From Tagaea sp. (lineage in GTDB: Bacteria; Pseudomonadota; Alphaproteobacteria; CACIAM-22H2), in NCBI GenBank assembly GCA_965279525.1, contig CBDIIB010000002.1:64001-128000 (forward strand): DNA of 64,000 nucleotides, read 5' to 3'. Shown piece after piece: positions 9,369-19,849 of the stretch (positions are counted from its first letter, which is position 1; every line of letters starts with the position of its first letter). The notes under the pieces were generated by a model that worked only from the letters and a program-made list of their open reading frames with translations, was not told the DNA's origin and made no database searches. Position numbers and translations under genes: made by a program.

Positions 9369-11447
9369 TCAGGCCGGGCGGATCCAGATCGCGGTGTCGT
9401 GGAACACCGCACCGCCGGCCGGGAAACCCGGATCGGCGGAGACCAGCACGTTGATGCCGATCCCTTCCTCGAACGCGTCGTTGGGCCAGATGCTCTCGAC
9501 CACGATCGTCCCGCGCAGCAGCCCGTCGAAGGCCTTGGCCGAGATCACCAGCGAGCCGCGCTCGTTGCCAAGGCGCAGGCGCATGCCGTCGGTGGCGCCG
9601 ATGGCGGCCAGATCTTCGGGATGCATCATCGCGGCCGGCCCGACCTCGCGCGCGATCGAGCCGGGCGTCTCGGTGAAGGTGGAGTTGAGGTAGCTGCGCG
9701 CCGGTGCCGCGACCAGCCGGAACGGCTTTTCGGGCGTGGCGGCATCGAAGTTCGTCATCTGCGTGGGCAAGGCCGGCATGCCCTGCCAGGCCACGCCGAT
9801 CTTCGACCAGTCGGCCTTGAAGTGCCAGCGCCGGTCTTCGTGGCCGAACCCTTCGAGGAAATGCGCCTTCTCGAACGGCAGCGCCCGGTCGTGCCAGCGC
9901 CCGGCATGGACCGCGTCGGCCGACGGATAGCCCGAGGCCTTCAGCGTCCAGTCGATCAGCTCCCACTCGGTCATGGCGAAACCGGGATGCTTGGCACCCA
10001 GCCGGTGCGCCAGCTCGCGATGAACCTGGTGGTTGGTCCGGCATTCGCCCAGCGGCTCCACGACCTTCTTGGTGACCTGGAGATAGGTGTGGCCGCCCGC
10101 CTGATAGATGTCGTCATGCTCGAGGAACGTCGTCGCCGGCAGCACGATATCGGCCATGCGCGCGGTGTCGGTCAGGAACTGCTCGTGCACGCACACGAAC
10201 AGGTCGTCGCGCAGGAAGCCCGCGCGCACCTTGGCAAGCTCGGGCGCCACGTTCATCGGGTTGGTGTTCTGGATGAACAGCGCGTTGACCGGCGGCCCGT
10301 CGCCAAGGTCGCGCCTGTCGCCGGTCAGGATCGGGCCGATGCGGCTCTGATCCAGACGGCGCACGCGCGCGTCCATCACGTCCGAGCCTTCGATCATCGT
10401 CTTGTCGAGGCCGTAGATCGACGACTGCGCGTAGAGCGCCCCGCCGCCTTCGTGCTGCCAGGCCCCCGTGATCGCGGCAAGCGACGCGGCGGCGTGCATT
10501 GACGAAGCGCCGTTGCGATGGCGCGCGAAGCCGTAGCCCAGCCGCAGGTAGCTGCGCTTCGTCGAACCATAGAGCCGGGCGAATTCGCGGATCGTCGCGG
10601 CTGGCACGCCGCAGATCGCCTCGGCCCATTCGGGCGTCTTGTCGGCGACATGCGCTTCGAGCTCGTCCGTGCCGGCGGCATACTTCGCCATGTAGGCGCG
10701 GTCGGCGAAGCCTTCGGCGAACAGCACGTGCATGACGCCCAGCGCCAGGGCCGCGTCCGTGCCCGGCTTCAGCATCAGATGGAGGTCGGCCTGCTCGGCC
10801 GTCGGCGTGCGGTAGGGATCAACGACGACGAGCTTGGCGCCACGCGCCTTCCGGGCGCGCGCGATATGCGTCATCACGTTGACCTGCGTGGAGACGGGAT
10901 TGCCGCCCCACACGACGACGAGATCGCTCTGCGCAATCTCGCGCGCGTCGGTGCCGCGCTTGACGCCGGCCCCGGCGAGCCAGCCCGCGTCGGCCAGCGT
11001 GATGCAGATCGTCGAATACTGGCGCGACCAGCCCATCGCGTGGCGCAGCCGTTCGATCCCGTCGCGCTGCACCAGCCCCATCGTGCCGGCGTAGAAATAG
11101 GGCCACACCGCCTCGGCGCCGTCTTTGGCGGCGACCTGTTTCAGCCGGTGGGCGACCTCGTCGAGCGCTTCGTCCCACGAAATCGGGGCGAAACCGTCGC
11201 GCTTGCACCCCTTCGGGCCGACACGGCGCAAGGGCTGCGTCAGGCGGTCGGGATGGTGCTGGCGCTCGGCATAGCGGGCGACCTTCGCGCACACCACGCC
11301 GGCCGTATAATCGTTGTCGCGGGCCCCCCGGACCTTGCCGATCCGGTGCGCGTCCAGACGCTCGACCTCCAGCGCGCAGACGCTCGGGCAGTCGTGCGGG
11401 CAGGTCGAGTTGCGCCAGTCGGGCAAAACGGTGCTTGAATCGGGCAT
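9369..11447 (-). CDS. Molybdopterin (bis-MGD) oxidoreductase, uncharacterised cytoplasmic subfamily
   Basis: N-terminal CPHDCPSVC...CAK 4Fe-4S motif, HPDRLTQPL, ISWDEAL, PGTDAALA, TDTARMADIVLPATTFLE, C-terminal LNSTF domain. No Tat signal. Confidence 0.9.
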   Translation of the reverse strand: MPDSSTVLPDWRNSTCPHDCPSVCALEVERLDAHRIGKVRGARDNDYTAGVVCAKVARYAERQHHPDRLTQPLRRVGPKGCKRDGFAPISWDEALDEVAHRLKQVAAKDGAEAVWPYFYAGTMGLVQRDGIERLRHAMGWSRQYSTICITLADAGWLAGAGVKRGTDAREIAQSDLVVVWGGNPVSTQVNVMTHIARARKARGAKLVVVDPYRTPTAEQADLHLMLKPGTDAALALGVMHVLFAEGFADRAYMAKYAAGTDELEAHVADKTPEWAEAICGVPAATIREFARLYGSTKRSYLRLGYGFARHRNGASSMHAAASLAAITGAWQHEGGGALYAQSSIYGLDKTMIEGSDVMDARVRRLDQSRIGPILTGDRRDLGDGPPVNALFIQNTNPMNVAPELAKVRAGFLRDDLFVCVHEQFLTDTARMADIVLPATTFLEHDDIYQAGGHTYLQVTKKVVEPLGECRTNHQVHRELAHRLGAKHPGFAMTEWELIDWTLKASGYPSADAVHAGRWHDRALPFEKAHFLEGFGHEDRRWHFKADWSKIGVAWQGMPALPTQMTNFDAATPEKPFRLVAAPARSYLNSTFTETPGSIAREVGPAAMMHPEDLAAIGATDGMRLRLGNERGSLVISAKAFDGLLRGTIVVESIWPNDAFEEGIGINVLVSADPGFPAGGAVFHDTAIWIRPA

Positions 11448-11535
11448 GGCCGGACGGTACGGGAACGGGGCCGGACGAGGCAAGCCCCCGCCCGCCATCC
11501 AACTTGTCTGCCGACAACTTCGAGGTTCGTCCCCA

Positions 11536-12948
11536 ATGTCCGAGTCCTGGATCGTCAGCCTGTCCGCCCGCGAGATCGCCGCGCGCGTGAAGTCCCGCGA
11601 GATCACCGCCACCCAGGTGCTGGACGCGCACCTCGCGCGCATCGCCGCCGAGAACCCGAAGGTCAACGCGATCTGCACGCTGGCCGAGGACAAGGCGCGC
11701 GGCTGGGCGGCGGAACTGGACGCGAAGGTCGCCGCCGGCGGCGATCCGGGCCTGCTCGCCGGCGTGCCGGTCGGCATCAAGGACGTGAACGCGACGGCCG
11801 GCATCCTCACCACCTACGGCTCGACCACGATGGCCGACAACGTGCCGACCGAGGACGCCGCCGTCGTGGCGCGCATCAAGGCGGCCGGCGGCATCGTCAT
11901 CGGCAAGACCAACACGCCGGAGTTCGCGGCCGGGGCCAACACCTACAACGACCTGTTCGGCGCAACGCGCAATCCGTGGGACCTGCGCATGTCTGCCTCC
12001 GGCTCGACCGGCGGCGGGGCGGCCGCCCTTGCCGCGCGCATGGTGGGGCTTGCCGACGGCTCGGACCTCGGCGGCAGCCTGCGCACCCCGGCCGCGTTCT
12101 GCGGCGTGGTGGGCCTGCGGCCAACACCGGGTCTGGTACCCATCCATTCGCCCAACAAGCCGTTCGATGCGCTCGCGGTCGCGGGCCCCATGGCGCGCGA
12201 CGTGGAAGACTGCGCGCTGTTCCTTGCGGCCATCGCCGGCCCCAGCCCGCTCGATCCGCGCGGCTTTTCCATCGCCGGGCGCGACTTCGTCGCCGCGGCG
12301 AACGCGCCGCTTGCAGGCCTGCGCATCGCCTATGTGTCCGACATCGCGCGCATCGGCGTGGACAGCGAGATCGACACGATCTGCCGGGCGGCCACCTACC
12401 AGCTCGGCACGTGGGGGGCCACGGTCGAGGAGATCGAGCTCGATCTTTCCTTCGCGCGCGAGGCGTTCCTGCAGCTGCGCGGGCAGTGGATGGTGCAGTC
12501 GCATCTCGAGCGCCTCCACCTTGTCGACCGCTTCAATCCCAATCTTTCGGGCAATATCCGCCGCGGTCTCGCCCAGGGGCCGATCGATATCGCCAAGGGC
12601 GAGCACGCGCGTGCGGCCCTCGTGCAGCGCTGGGCGGCGATCTTCGAGACCTACGATGCCGTGTGCTGCCCGTGCGCGCCCGTCTCGCCCTTCCCGGTCG
12701 AGCAGAACTATCCCGAGACGATCGACGGCAAGAAGATGTCGAGCTACATCGACTGGGTGGCGCCGACGTTCCTCGTCACGATGGCGGCGTTGCCCGCGAT
12801 CTCGGTGCCGTGCGGCCTGACGGCGGCGAAGCTGCCCGTGGGCCTCCAGATCGTGGCCCCGCGCCACGGCGAGGAGACGACGCTGGCGGCCGCGCGCGGC
12901 GTGGAGCGCATGCGTCCGATCGGTATTGCGCCGTCACACGGCGGCTGA
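11536..12948 (+). CDS. Amidase-signature family amidase
   Basis: GVPVGIKD (catalytic Lys), GKTNTPEF, TRNPWD, SGSTGGGAAALA, GSDLGGSLRTPAAFCGVVGLRPT. Confidence 0.9.
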   Translation: MSESWIVSLSAREIAARVKSREITATQVLDAHLARIAAENPKVNAICTLAEDKARGWAAELDAKVAAGGDPGLLAGVPVGIKDVNATAGILTTYGSTTMADNVPTEDAAVVARIKAAGGIVIGKTNTPEFAAGANTYNDLFGATRNPWDLRMSASGSTGGGAAALAARMVGLADGSDLGGSLRTPAAFCGVVGLRPTPGLVPIHSPNKPFDALAVAGPMARDVEDCALFLAAIAGPSPLDPRGFSIAGRDFVAAANAPLAGLRIAYVSDIARIGVDSEIDTICRAATYQLGTWGATVEEIELDLSFAREAFLQLRGQWMVQSHLERLHLVDRFNPNLSGNIRRGLAQGPIDIAKGEHARAALVQRWAAIFETYDAVCCPCAPVSPFPVEQNYPETIDGKKMSSYIDWVAPTFLVTMAALPAISVPCGLTAAKLPVGLQIVAPRHGEETTLAAARGVERMRPIGIAPSHGG

Positions 12949-13932
12949 ACGGCCCAGCACCCAGCGCGCATAGAGGATCTGCACGGCGAACGGCACGGCG
13001 ATCGCGAAGCCCGCACTCGCGTCGAGCCACAGTGCGGCGCTGCCCTGGAAGGCGGCCATCGCGGCGAGGAACGCCGCGACCTTGCCGTGCGCGAAACCGG
13101 CCTGGTTGAGGCGCTGGTAGAGATGCGTGCGGTGGGCGGCGAACACGTTCTCGCCTGCCATCAGCCGGCGCATGGCCGTGACGATCGTGTCGAACAGGAA
13201 ATGCATCAGCACGAGGGGCACGAGCCAGACGAGCTTGCCGTCGGTCGTGGCCCCGGCCGCGAACACGCCAAGCCCGGCGAACGCGAACCCCAGGAACTGC
13301 GAGCCGACATCGCCCATGAACACGCGCGCGGGCGGCAGGTTGAGCGCCAGGAACCCCGCGCACGCGGCTGCCAGCACGAAGGCGAGGCCGGCCAGCAGGT
13401 CGGCTCCCGCCAGCAGCAGGGCAAGGCCGAGGAAGATCGCCGCGACGACGCCCGTGGCACCGGCAAGCGCGTCGAGCCCGTCCATGAAGTTGTAGGCGTT
13501 GGTGAGGCCCACGAACCACAGGAAGGTGAGGGCGGGGCCGAACGCGCCAAGCTCGACCGGCCCGTAGCCGGGCACGTAGAGCCGTTCGATGATCGCCCCG
13601 CCGCCGATGGCGACGAACGCGGCCAGGAACTGCGCGCCGAACTTGATCGCGGCTCCCTGCGGGCGCGCGTCGTCGGCAAGGCCCGCAAGGGCGGCGATGG
13701 TGGCGCCAGCCGCGACGGGGGCGGCGACCGGCATGCCGGCCGCGAGAAGCCAGCCGCCGGCGAGCGTGCCCAGCACCAGCCCGATGCCGCCGCCGCGCGG
13801 CGTGGGCGTCTTGTGCGACGAGCGCGCGTTCGGCCGATCGACGAGAAGGCGCAGACGCGCCATCGCGAAAGCGCCGGCAAAACCGGCCAGCAGGGCCAGC
13901 AACAGGGCTGGCAGGAGGAAGTCGGGACCCAT
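12934..13932 (-). CDS. MraY/WecA/WbpL-family polyprenyl-phosphate HexNAc-1-phosphate transferase
   Basis: DRPNARSSHKTPTPRGGG, GLADD, NAYNFMDGLDAL, VFMGDVGS, AHRTHLYQRL. Confidence 0.9.
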   Translation of the reverse strand: MGPDFLLPALLLALLAGFAGAFAMARLRLLVDRPNARSSHKTPTPRGGGIGLVLGTLAGGWLLAAGMPVAAPVAAGATIAALAGLADDARPQGAAIKFGAQFLAAFVAIGGGAIIERLYVPGYGPVELGAFGPALTFLWFVGLTNAYNFMDGLDALAGATGVVAAIFLGLALLLAGADLLAGLAFVLAAACAGFLALNLPPARVFMGDVGSQFLGFAFAGLGVFAAGATTDGKLVWLVPLVLMHFLFDTIVTAMRRLMAGENVFAAHRTHLYQRLNQAGFAHGKVAAFLAAMAAFQGSAALWLDASAGFAIAVPFAVQILYARWVLGRSAAV

Positions 13933-14112
13933 CTCCCCTTGCTAGCCCGTCGGCACGGCCCTTATCAACCTGCTTGCGCCGCCCCGGGGCGAATGCCTAA
14001 ACTTTGGGCGATCAATCCGGAAATTGACGGAACGTCAAAGGGTTACCGCCGTAGCCGGACTGGAATGGGCGTTGCATCGTCCGATGCTCGGCACAGGCAA
14101 GGCGAGAGAGCG

Positions 14113-14886
14113 ATGAACAAGGACCACATGATCGTCTACGTCACCCCGGTCGCGACCGTGGTCGGCATGTTCGTGTTCTGGGAAATCGCGTGCGTCGCCT
14201 TCAACATCCCGGTCTTCATCCTGCCGCGCCCGAGCGTGATCTACGAAACGCTGATCCAGCGCTGGGGGCCGATCTGGCACAACGCGCTGTTCACGCTGGC
14301 GACCACGCTTGGCGGCTTCGCGCTTGCCGTCGTCGTCGGGCTTTTCACCGGCCTTGCCATCGGCGCCTCGCGCGTCGTCTATGCCGGCCTCTATCCCGTG
14401 CTGATCGGCTTCAACTCGATCCCGAAGGTCGCGGTCGTTCCCGTCCTCGTCATCTGGTTCGGCATCGGTGCGGTTCCCGCGGTCCTCACCGCGTTCATGA
14501 TCGCCTTCCTGCCCATTGCCGTGAACGTCGCCACCGGCCTTGCCACGATCGAGCCCGAGATGCGCGACGTGCTGCGCTCGCTGGGCGCTCGCAAGACGCA
14601 GATCCTCTGGAAGGTCGGCATCCCGCGCTCGCTGCCCTATTTCTTCGCCTCGCTGAAGGTCGCCATCACGCTCGCCTTCGTGGGCTCGGTCGTGGCCGAG
14701 ACGGTCGCGTCCAACGAGGGCATCGGCTACCTGATGATCGCGGCGTCCTCGCGCTTCGATGTTCCCCTAGTTTTTGCCGGGCTACTCGTCATCGCGGTGA
14801 TGGGCGTCATCATGTACGCCATCACGGTCGCGATGGAGCAGCATTTCACCGGCTGGGCGACGCGCGGGCAGGAAGGTTCCACGTAA
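14113..14886 (+). CDS. ABC transporter permease, NitT/TauT (SsuC-like) family
   Basis: ILPRPS, NSIPKVAVVPVLVIWFGIG, EAA-like loop LRSLGA..QILWKV, GSVVAET, GIGYLM. Confidence 0.88.
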   Translation: MNKDHMIVYVTPVATVVGMFVFWEIACVAFNIPVFILPRPSVIYETLIQRWGPIWHNALFTLATTLGGFALAVVVGLFTGLAIGASRVVYAGLYPVLIGFNSIPKVAVVPVLVIWFGIGAVPAVLTAFMIAFLPIAVNVATGLATIEPEMRDVLRSLGARKTQILWKVGIPRSLPYFFASLKVAITLAFVGSVVAETVASNEGIGYLMIAASSRFDVPLVFAGLLVIAVMGVIMYAITVAMEQHFTGWATRGQEGST

Positions 14887-14953
14887 GGCTTGTATCGCGG
14901 GCGGGATTCGTCGTAACGCCACCTTTCCGTTTCCTTCGAAAGGTGGCCCTGCC

Positions 14954-15301
14954 ATGTCGATCAAGTACATCAATCCCGGCCCGCGCATGAGCGCTGGCAC
15001 CGTCCACGGCTCGACCGTCTATCTCGCCGGCCAGGTCGCCGACGATCCGGTGCCGGACGCCAAGAAACAGACGGCCCAGATCCTCGCGAAGATCGACGAG
15101 CTGCTCAAGCAGGCAGGCACCGACAAGACGAAGCTCCTGTCGGCCAACATCTGGCTTTCCGACATCCGCTATTTCCCCGACATGAATTCGGTGTGGGACG
15201 GCTGGGTCGCCAAGGGTCACACGCCCGCGCGCGCGACCGTCGAAGCCAAGCTCGCCGGCCCGCAGTTCTGGGTCGAGATCATGGTCGTCGCCGCGATCTG
15301 A
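14954..15301 (+). CDS. RidA/YjgF family protein (YoaB-like)
   Basis: VYLAGQV, QTAQILAKID, MNSVWDGW, PARATV, VEIMVVAA. Confidence 0.9.
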   Translation: MSIKYINPGPRMSAGTVHGSTVYLAGQVADDPVPDAKKQTAQILAKIDELLKQAGTDKTKLLSANIWLSDIRYFPDMNSVWDGWVAKGHTPARATVEAKLAGPQFWVEIMVVAAI

Positions 15302-16074
15302 GAACGCACGGCAAGCAGCTGGGCGGCGGTCGCGATGGCGATCGCGTGCGGGTGCTTGTCGGATATGCCGGGGATGCCGACCGGGCACACGAGTGCCCCG
15401 GTCGGCACACCCTTGGCCGCAAGGCGTGCTTCGAACCGCGCGCGCTTGCTGGCCGAACCGATCAGCCCGACATAGGCAAGGTCGCCGCGCCGCAAAAGCC
15501 GCTCGACGAGGACGAGGTCGAGATCGTGGCTGTGCGTCATCACCAGTGCCATCGCACCCGGCGGCACGTCGCGCACGCGGTCTTCGGGGAACGGCTCGAC
15601 ATGCTTCGTCGCGTTCGCCGGCAGTACCGACGGGAATTGCGCTTCGCGCGCATCGACGAGGGCGACTTTCGCGGGCAGCCCGGCTAGCTGGTGGACGAGG
15701 GCGAGGCCCACATGGCCCGCCCCGAAGATCCAGACGTTCCATGGCTGCACGACGAACGGCTCGACCAGCAGCGACACGGTCCCGCCGCAACACTGGCCAA
15801 GTGCTGGCCCCAGCGCGAACTTCTCGATCCGGGGTGCCGTCTCGCCGGCTTCGAGCATCGCGCGCGCGATCCCGATTGCCTTCATTTCCAGATGCCCGCC
15901 GCCGACCGAGCCGGTCTGGCCCGTCGCCGCGACGACCATCTTGGTGCCGCCTTCGCGCGGACTCGAGCCTTCGACCGCGACGATGGTGACAAGCGCGCAG
16001 GATTCGCCCGCGTTGCGGTGGCGCTGCAATGCCGCCAGCCAGTCGTCGGACGCGACGGGATGCAGCACGGTCAT
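15217..16074 (-). CDS. xdhC: Xanthine dehydrogenase accessory protein XdhC
   Basis: GSSPREGGTKM, GSVGGGHLE, LGQCCGG, FGAGHVG, MTHSHDLD, GLIGSASKR. ATGA overlap with xdhB. Confidence 0.92.
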   Translation of the reverse strand: MTVLHPVASDDWLAALQRHRNAGESCALVTIVAVEGSSPREGGTKMVVAATGQTGSVGGGHLEMKAIGIARAMLEAGETAPRIEKFALGPALGQCCGGTVSLLVEPFVVQPWNVWIFGAGHVGLALVHQLAGLPAKVALVDAREAQFPSVLPANATKHVEPFPEDRVRDVPPGAMALVMTHSHDLDLVLVERLLRRGDLAYVGLIGSASKRARFEARLAAKGVPTGALVCPVGIPGISDKHPHAIAIATAAQLLAVRSQIAATTMISTQNCGPASLASTVARAGV

Positions 16075-18356
16075 TTCGCGGCCTCGATCGCCATCAGCAC
16101 GCGTTCGGGTGTCGCGGGCGCATCGAGACGGGCTTTGGGGGCGGCCGCACTCGCCGCATCCTGCAACGCGAGAAACACGGTCGTCGCCAGCATCAGCGGC
16201 GGCTCGCCGACCGCTTTCGAGCGGTGGACCGTTTCCTCGCGGTTCCGCCCGCCTTCCCACAGGCGCGTGCGGAAGGCGCGCGGCAGGTCGCGCGCGACCG
16301 GGATCTTGTAGGTGGAGGGAGCGTGCGTGCGCAGCCGGCCGTCCGCGTCGAAGACGATTTCCTCGGTCGTCAGCCAGCCCATGCCCTGAATGAAGCCGCC
16401 CTCGATCTGGCCGATGTCGATGGCGGGGTTCAGCGACCTGCCGGCATCGTGCAGCAGCTCGGCGCGGTCGATGGCGTATTCGCCGGTCAGCGTGTCGATG
16501 GTCGCTTCGACATAGGCCGCCCCGTAGGCGAAATAGTAATAGGGCCGGCCCTTGGCCGTCGCGCGGTCGAAATGGATCTTCGGCGTGCGGTAGAAGCCGG
16601 TCGCCGAAAGCTGGATGCGCGCGTTGTAGGCCTGCTGCACCGCCTCGCGGAAGGTGAGCCACTTGTCGCCCGCCTTCACCTGACCGGCCTCGAAGCGCAC
16701 GTCGCTTTCGCTGACGCGATGCAGGCCGGCGATGAACCCGGCGATGCGCGCCTTGATCGCCTGCGCCGCGCGCTGGGCCGCCTTGCCGTTGAGATCGGAG
16801 CCGGCCGACGCCGCCGTGGCCGAGGTGTTGGGCACCTTCGACGTGTTGGTCGCCGCGATGCGCACGCTTTCGAGCGGAACGGCAAACTCGTCGGCGACAA
16901 CTTGGCAGATCTTGGTGTGCAGGCCCTGGCCCATCTCGGTGCCGGCATGGTTGAGCGCGATCGATCCGTCGGTATAGACGTGGACGAGGGCGCCGGCCTG
17001 GTTGAACTGGAGCGCGGTGAACGACACGCCGAACATCACCGGCGAAAGGGCGATGCCTTTTTTCAGGATCGGGCTTGATGCGTTGAACGCGTCGACCGCC
17101 TGCCGGCGCGCGGCATAGCCGACATCGCCGGAAAGCTCCGCGACGATGCGGTCGGCGGCGAAATCCTCGACCCGCTGGCCGTAATGCGTGAGGTCGCGTG
17201 GCGCCGCCCCGAAGAAATTGAGCGTACGCACGTCGAGCGGATCGCGGCCCAGCTCGCGTGCCACGCGGTCGATGACGTGTTCGGCCGCCAGCACCCCCTG
17301 CGGCCCGCCGAACCCGCGGAAGGCGGTGTTGGATTGCGTGTGCGTCTTGCAGGCATGGCCCGTCGCGCGCACATGCGGCACGTAATAGCAGTTGGTCGTG
17401 TGGAACAGCGCCCGGTCGACGATGGAGGTCGAGAGGTCGGCCACGTGCCCGGCGCGTGCTGCGAACATGATGTCGAGGGCGAGCAGCCGGCCCTGGCCGT
17501 CGAAGCCCACGTCGTAGCGCACGAGGAAATCGTGGCGCTTGCCGGTGATCATGAAATCGTCGTCGCGGTCGAGCCGGTACTTGACCGCGCGCCCGGCCTT
17601 GCGTGCCAGAACGGCCGCGATGCATGCGATGATCGCGGGCTGCGTTTCCTTGCCGCCGAACCCGCCGCCCATGCGCCGCACCTCGCAGGTCACCGCACTT
17701 GCCGGCAGATCCAGGGCGCGCGCCACCATCTTCTGCACTTCGGTCGGATGCTGGGTCGACGACCACACGGTCATCTCGTCCGCTTCCTGCGGGACGGCCA
17801 GCGCGATTTGCCCTTCGAGATAGAAATGGTCCTGCGCGCCGTTGCGGAACTCGCCCTTCAGCCGGTGCGGGGCTTTCTCCAATGCCGCGGGCGCATCGCC
17901 CTGCTGCATCACATAGGATTTGGCGACGAATGACTGTTTCTCGAGTGCCTCCTCGATGGTCAGGATCGCCGGAAGGTCCTCGTAGACGATCTTCACGAGC
18001 TTTCCCGCCGCGCGTGCCGCCTTGATCGACGTGGCGGCGATGGCGACGACCGGCTGGCCGATATATTCGACGATGCCGTCGGCAAGGAACGGCTCGCCCT
18101 TGTAGATCGGCCCGACGTCGTTGCGCCCGGGCACGTCGGCCGCCGCGATGACGGCCTGCACGCCGGGAGCCGCACGGGCGGCCGAAAGATCGACCGATAC
18201 GATGCGCGCATGCGCCTTCGGGCTTTGCACGCACCAGGCATGCAGCGTGCCTTCGGGGCAGGGCAGGTCGTCGATATAGAGCGCTTCGCCGGCCACATGC
18301 TTGGCCGCACTGTCGTGCGCGACGGATTTGCCGGTACTCGCGAATGTCTCAGCCAT
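16071..18356 (-). CDS. xdhB: Xanthine dehydrogenase molybdopterin-binding subunit
   Basis: HDSAAKHVAGEALYIDD, QDHFYLEGQ, RRMGGGFGGKETQ, SNTAFRGFGGPQG, GTEMGQGL, SKAVGEPPL. Confidence 0.96.
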   Translation of the reverse strand: MAETFASTGKSVAHDSAAKHVAGEALYIDDLPCPEGTLHAWCVQSPKAHARIVSVDLSAARAAPGVQAVIAAADVPGRNDVGPIYKGEPFLADGIVEYIGQPVVAIAATSIKAARAAGKLVKIVYEDLPAILTIEEALEKQSFVAKSYVMQQGDAPAALEKAPHRLKGEFRNGAQDHFYLEGQIALAVPQEADEMTVWSSTQHPTEVQKMVARALDLPASAVTCEVRRMGGGFGGKETQPAIIACIAAVLARKAGRAVKYRLDRDDDFMITGKRHDFLVRYDVGFDGQGRLLALDIMFAARAGHVADLSTSIVDRALFHTTNCYYVPHVRATGHACKTHTQSNTAFRGFGGPQGVLAAEHVIDRVARELGRDPLDVRTLNFFGAAPRDLTHYGQRVEDFAADRIVAELSGDVGYAARRQAVDAFNASSPILKKGIALSPVMFGVSFTALQFNQAGALVHVYTDGSIALNHAGTEMGQGLHTKICQVVADEFAVPLESVRIAATNTSKVPNTSATAASAGSDLNGKAAQRAAQAIKARIAGFIAGLHRVSESDVRFEAGQVKAGDKWLTFREAVQQAYNARIQLSATGFYRTPKIHFDRATAKGRPYYYFAYGAAYVEATIDTLTGEYAIDRAELLHDAGRSLNPAIDIGQIEGGFIQGMGWLTTEEIVFDADGRLRTHAPSTYKIPVARDLPRAFRTRLWEGGRNREETVHRSKAVGEPPLMLATTVFLALQDAASAAAPKARLDAPATPERVLMAIEAAK

Positions 18357-19800
18357 ACGAAACCGCCCGTACGGAAACACCGCTGCCGGTACTCTCGTGC
18401 CAGAAGCGCAAGACCAGATTTGCCGCCACCTTCGCGCGATAGGCGGCCGACGCGCGCATGTCGCCGATGGGGGCAAAGTCCGCCGCCAGCGCATGCGCCG
18501 CCGCTTCGGCCGTCGCGAGCGTCCAGGGCTGGCCGGCGAGTGCGGCCTCGCAAGCGGCTGCCCGCTTCGGAATCGCCGCCATGCCGCCGAAGGCGACACG
18601 CGCGTCGACGACAATGTCGCCGTCGAACGTCAGGGCGAACACCGCGCAGACGGCCGAGATGTCATCGTCGAGCCGCTTGGAAACCTTGTAGGCCGCAAGC
18701 TTCAGGCCGGGACCAGGCAGGGGAATGCGGATCTTCGCGACGATCTCGCCGGGGGAAAGGGCGGTCTTGCGATAGTCGAGGAAGAAATCGGCGAGCTTCA
18801 GCCGGCGCGATCCGTCGGGCCCTGCAAGCTCCACGTCGGCATCGAGTGCAATGAACACCGGCGGCGAATCCCCGATGGGCGAGGCGTTGGCGATGTTGCC
18901 GCCGACGGTGCCGGCATTGCGCACCGGCGGGCCGGCGAAGCGCGCGAAAAGCTCGTCGAGGGCCGGCCATGTCGCGACCAGCGGGCCGGTCGCCTCGCTC
19001 CACGTGACGGCGGCACCAAGCTCGAGATGCGTGTCGGTCTTCGCGACCGTGCGCAGCTCGGCCACGCGCCCGAGATAGACGATCTTGTCGATGCTCCGGT
19101 GCGCCTTGGTCACTTCGAGGCCCAGATCGGTGCCGCCCGACAGGATGCGCGCGTCGGGATGGGCCTTCAGCACCGCGACCAGCTCGGCCATGTCGTGCGG
19201 TGCGAAGAAGCGGCCGGCATAGGCGAGGCCCTGCGGGCGCGCGAGCTTCGCGAGTTCGGCCACGGTCTCGTCCGTTCGTGCATCGAACGCGTCGGGCCGC
19301 GGATGCTCGAACATCTTCACCGCCGCTTCGAGGATCGGCCGGTAGCCCGTGCAGCGGCACAAATTGCCGCCAAGTGCGCGGTCGAGCGTCTCGCGCGAGG
19401 GCGGTCGCGCGCCGTCATGCGTCCGGTAGAGCTGGAACAGGCTCATCACGAAGCCCGGCGTGCAGAAGCCGCATTGCGAGGCGTGGGTGTCGACCATCGC
19501 CTGCTGCACGGCATGCGGGCGCCCGTCGCTCGCCAGATCCTCGACGGTCAAGAGCTGCGTGCCGTCGAGCGTGCCGACGAACTGGATGCAGGAATTGACC
19601 GACCGGTAGACAAGCTTGCCGGCACCGTCGGGCTCGGCCAGCACCACGGTGCACGCCCCGCAGTCGCCTTCCGCACAGCCTTCCTTGGTGCCGGTGCGCC
19701 CGCAGGGGCCGCGCAGCCAGTCGAGCACCGTCGTCGTCGGGTCGATCCCGGCGATCTCGACCGGCTGGTCGCCCAGAAGAAGTCGTATCCTGTCGCTCAA
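18349..19800 (-). CDS. xdhA: Xanthine dehydrogenase small (2Fe-2S + FAD) subunit
   Basis: [71 protein letters not shown] start inferred. Confidence 0.95.
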   Translation of the reverse strand: MSDRIRLLLGDQPVEIAGIDPTTTVLDWLRGPCGRTGTKEGCAEGDCGACTVVLAEPDGAGKLVYRSVNSCIQFVGTLDGTQLLTVEDLASDGRPHAVQQAMVDTHASQCGFCTPGFVMSLFQLYRTHDGARPPSRETLDRALGGNLCRCTGYRPILEAAVKMFEHPRPDAFDARTDETVAELAKLARPQGLAYAGRFFAPHDMAELVAVLKAHPDARILSGGTDLGLEVTKAHRSIDKIVYLGRVAELRTVAKTDTHLELGAAVTWSEATGPLVATWPALDELFARFAGPPVRNAGTVGGNIANASPIGDSPPVFIALDADVELAGPDGSRRLKLADFFLDYRKTALSPGEIVAKIRIPLPGPGLKLAAYKVSKRLDDDISAVCAVFALTFDGDIVVDARVAFGGMAAIPKRAAACEAALAGQPWTLATAEAAAHALAADFAPIGDMRASAAYRAKVAANLVLRFWHESTGSGVSVRAVSYG

Positions 19801-19849
19801 CTCGGACGCCCCGCTGTCGGATCGCGTTATTTGTGCGAGAATCCCACCG

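Noticed and set aside
13933-14112. Riboswitch upstream of the NitT/TauT permease
   Set aside because: I could not recognise a TPP, purine, guanidine or other aptamer consensus, or an expression platform. An Rfam scan would settle it.
15217-18234. 1005-aa ORF suggesting a giant XdhC fusion
   Set aside because: Only the last 285 aa are XdhC (ATG at 16074). The rest is an off-frame reading of xdhB.
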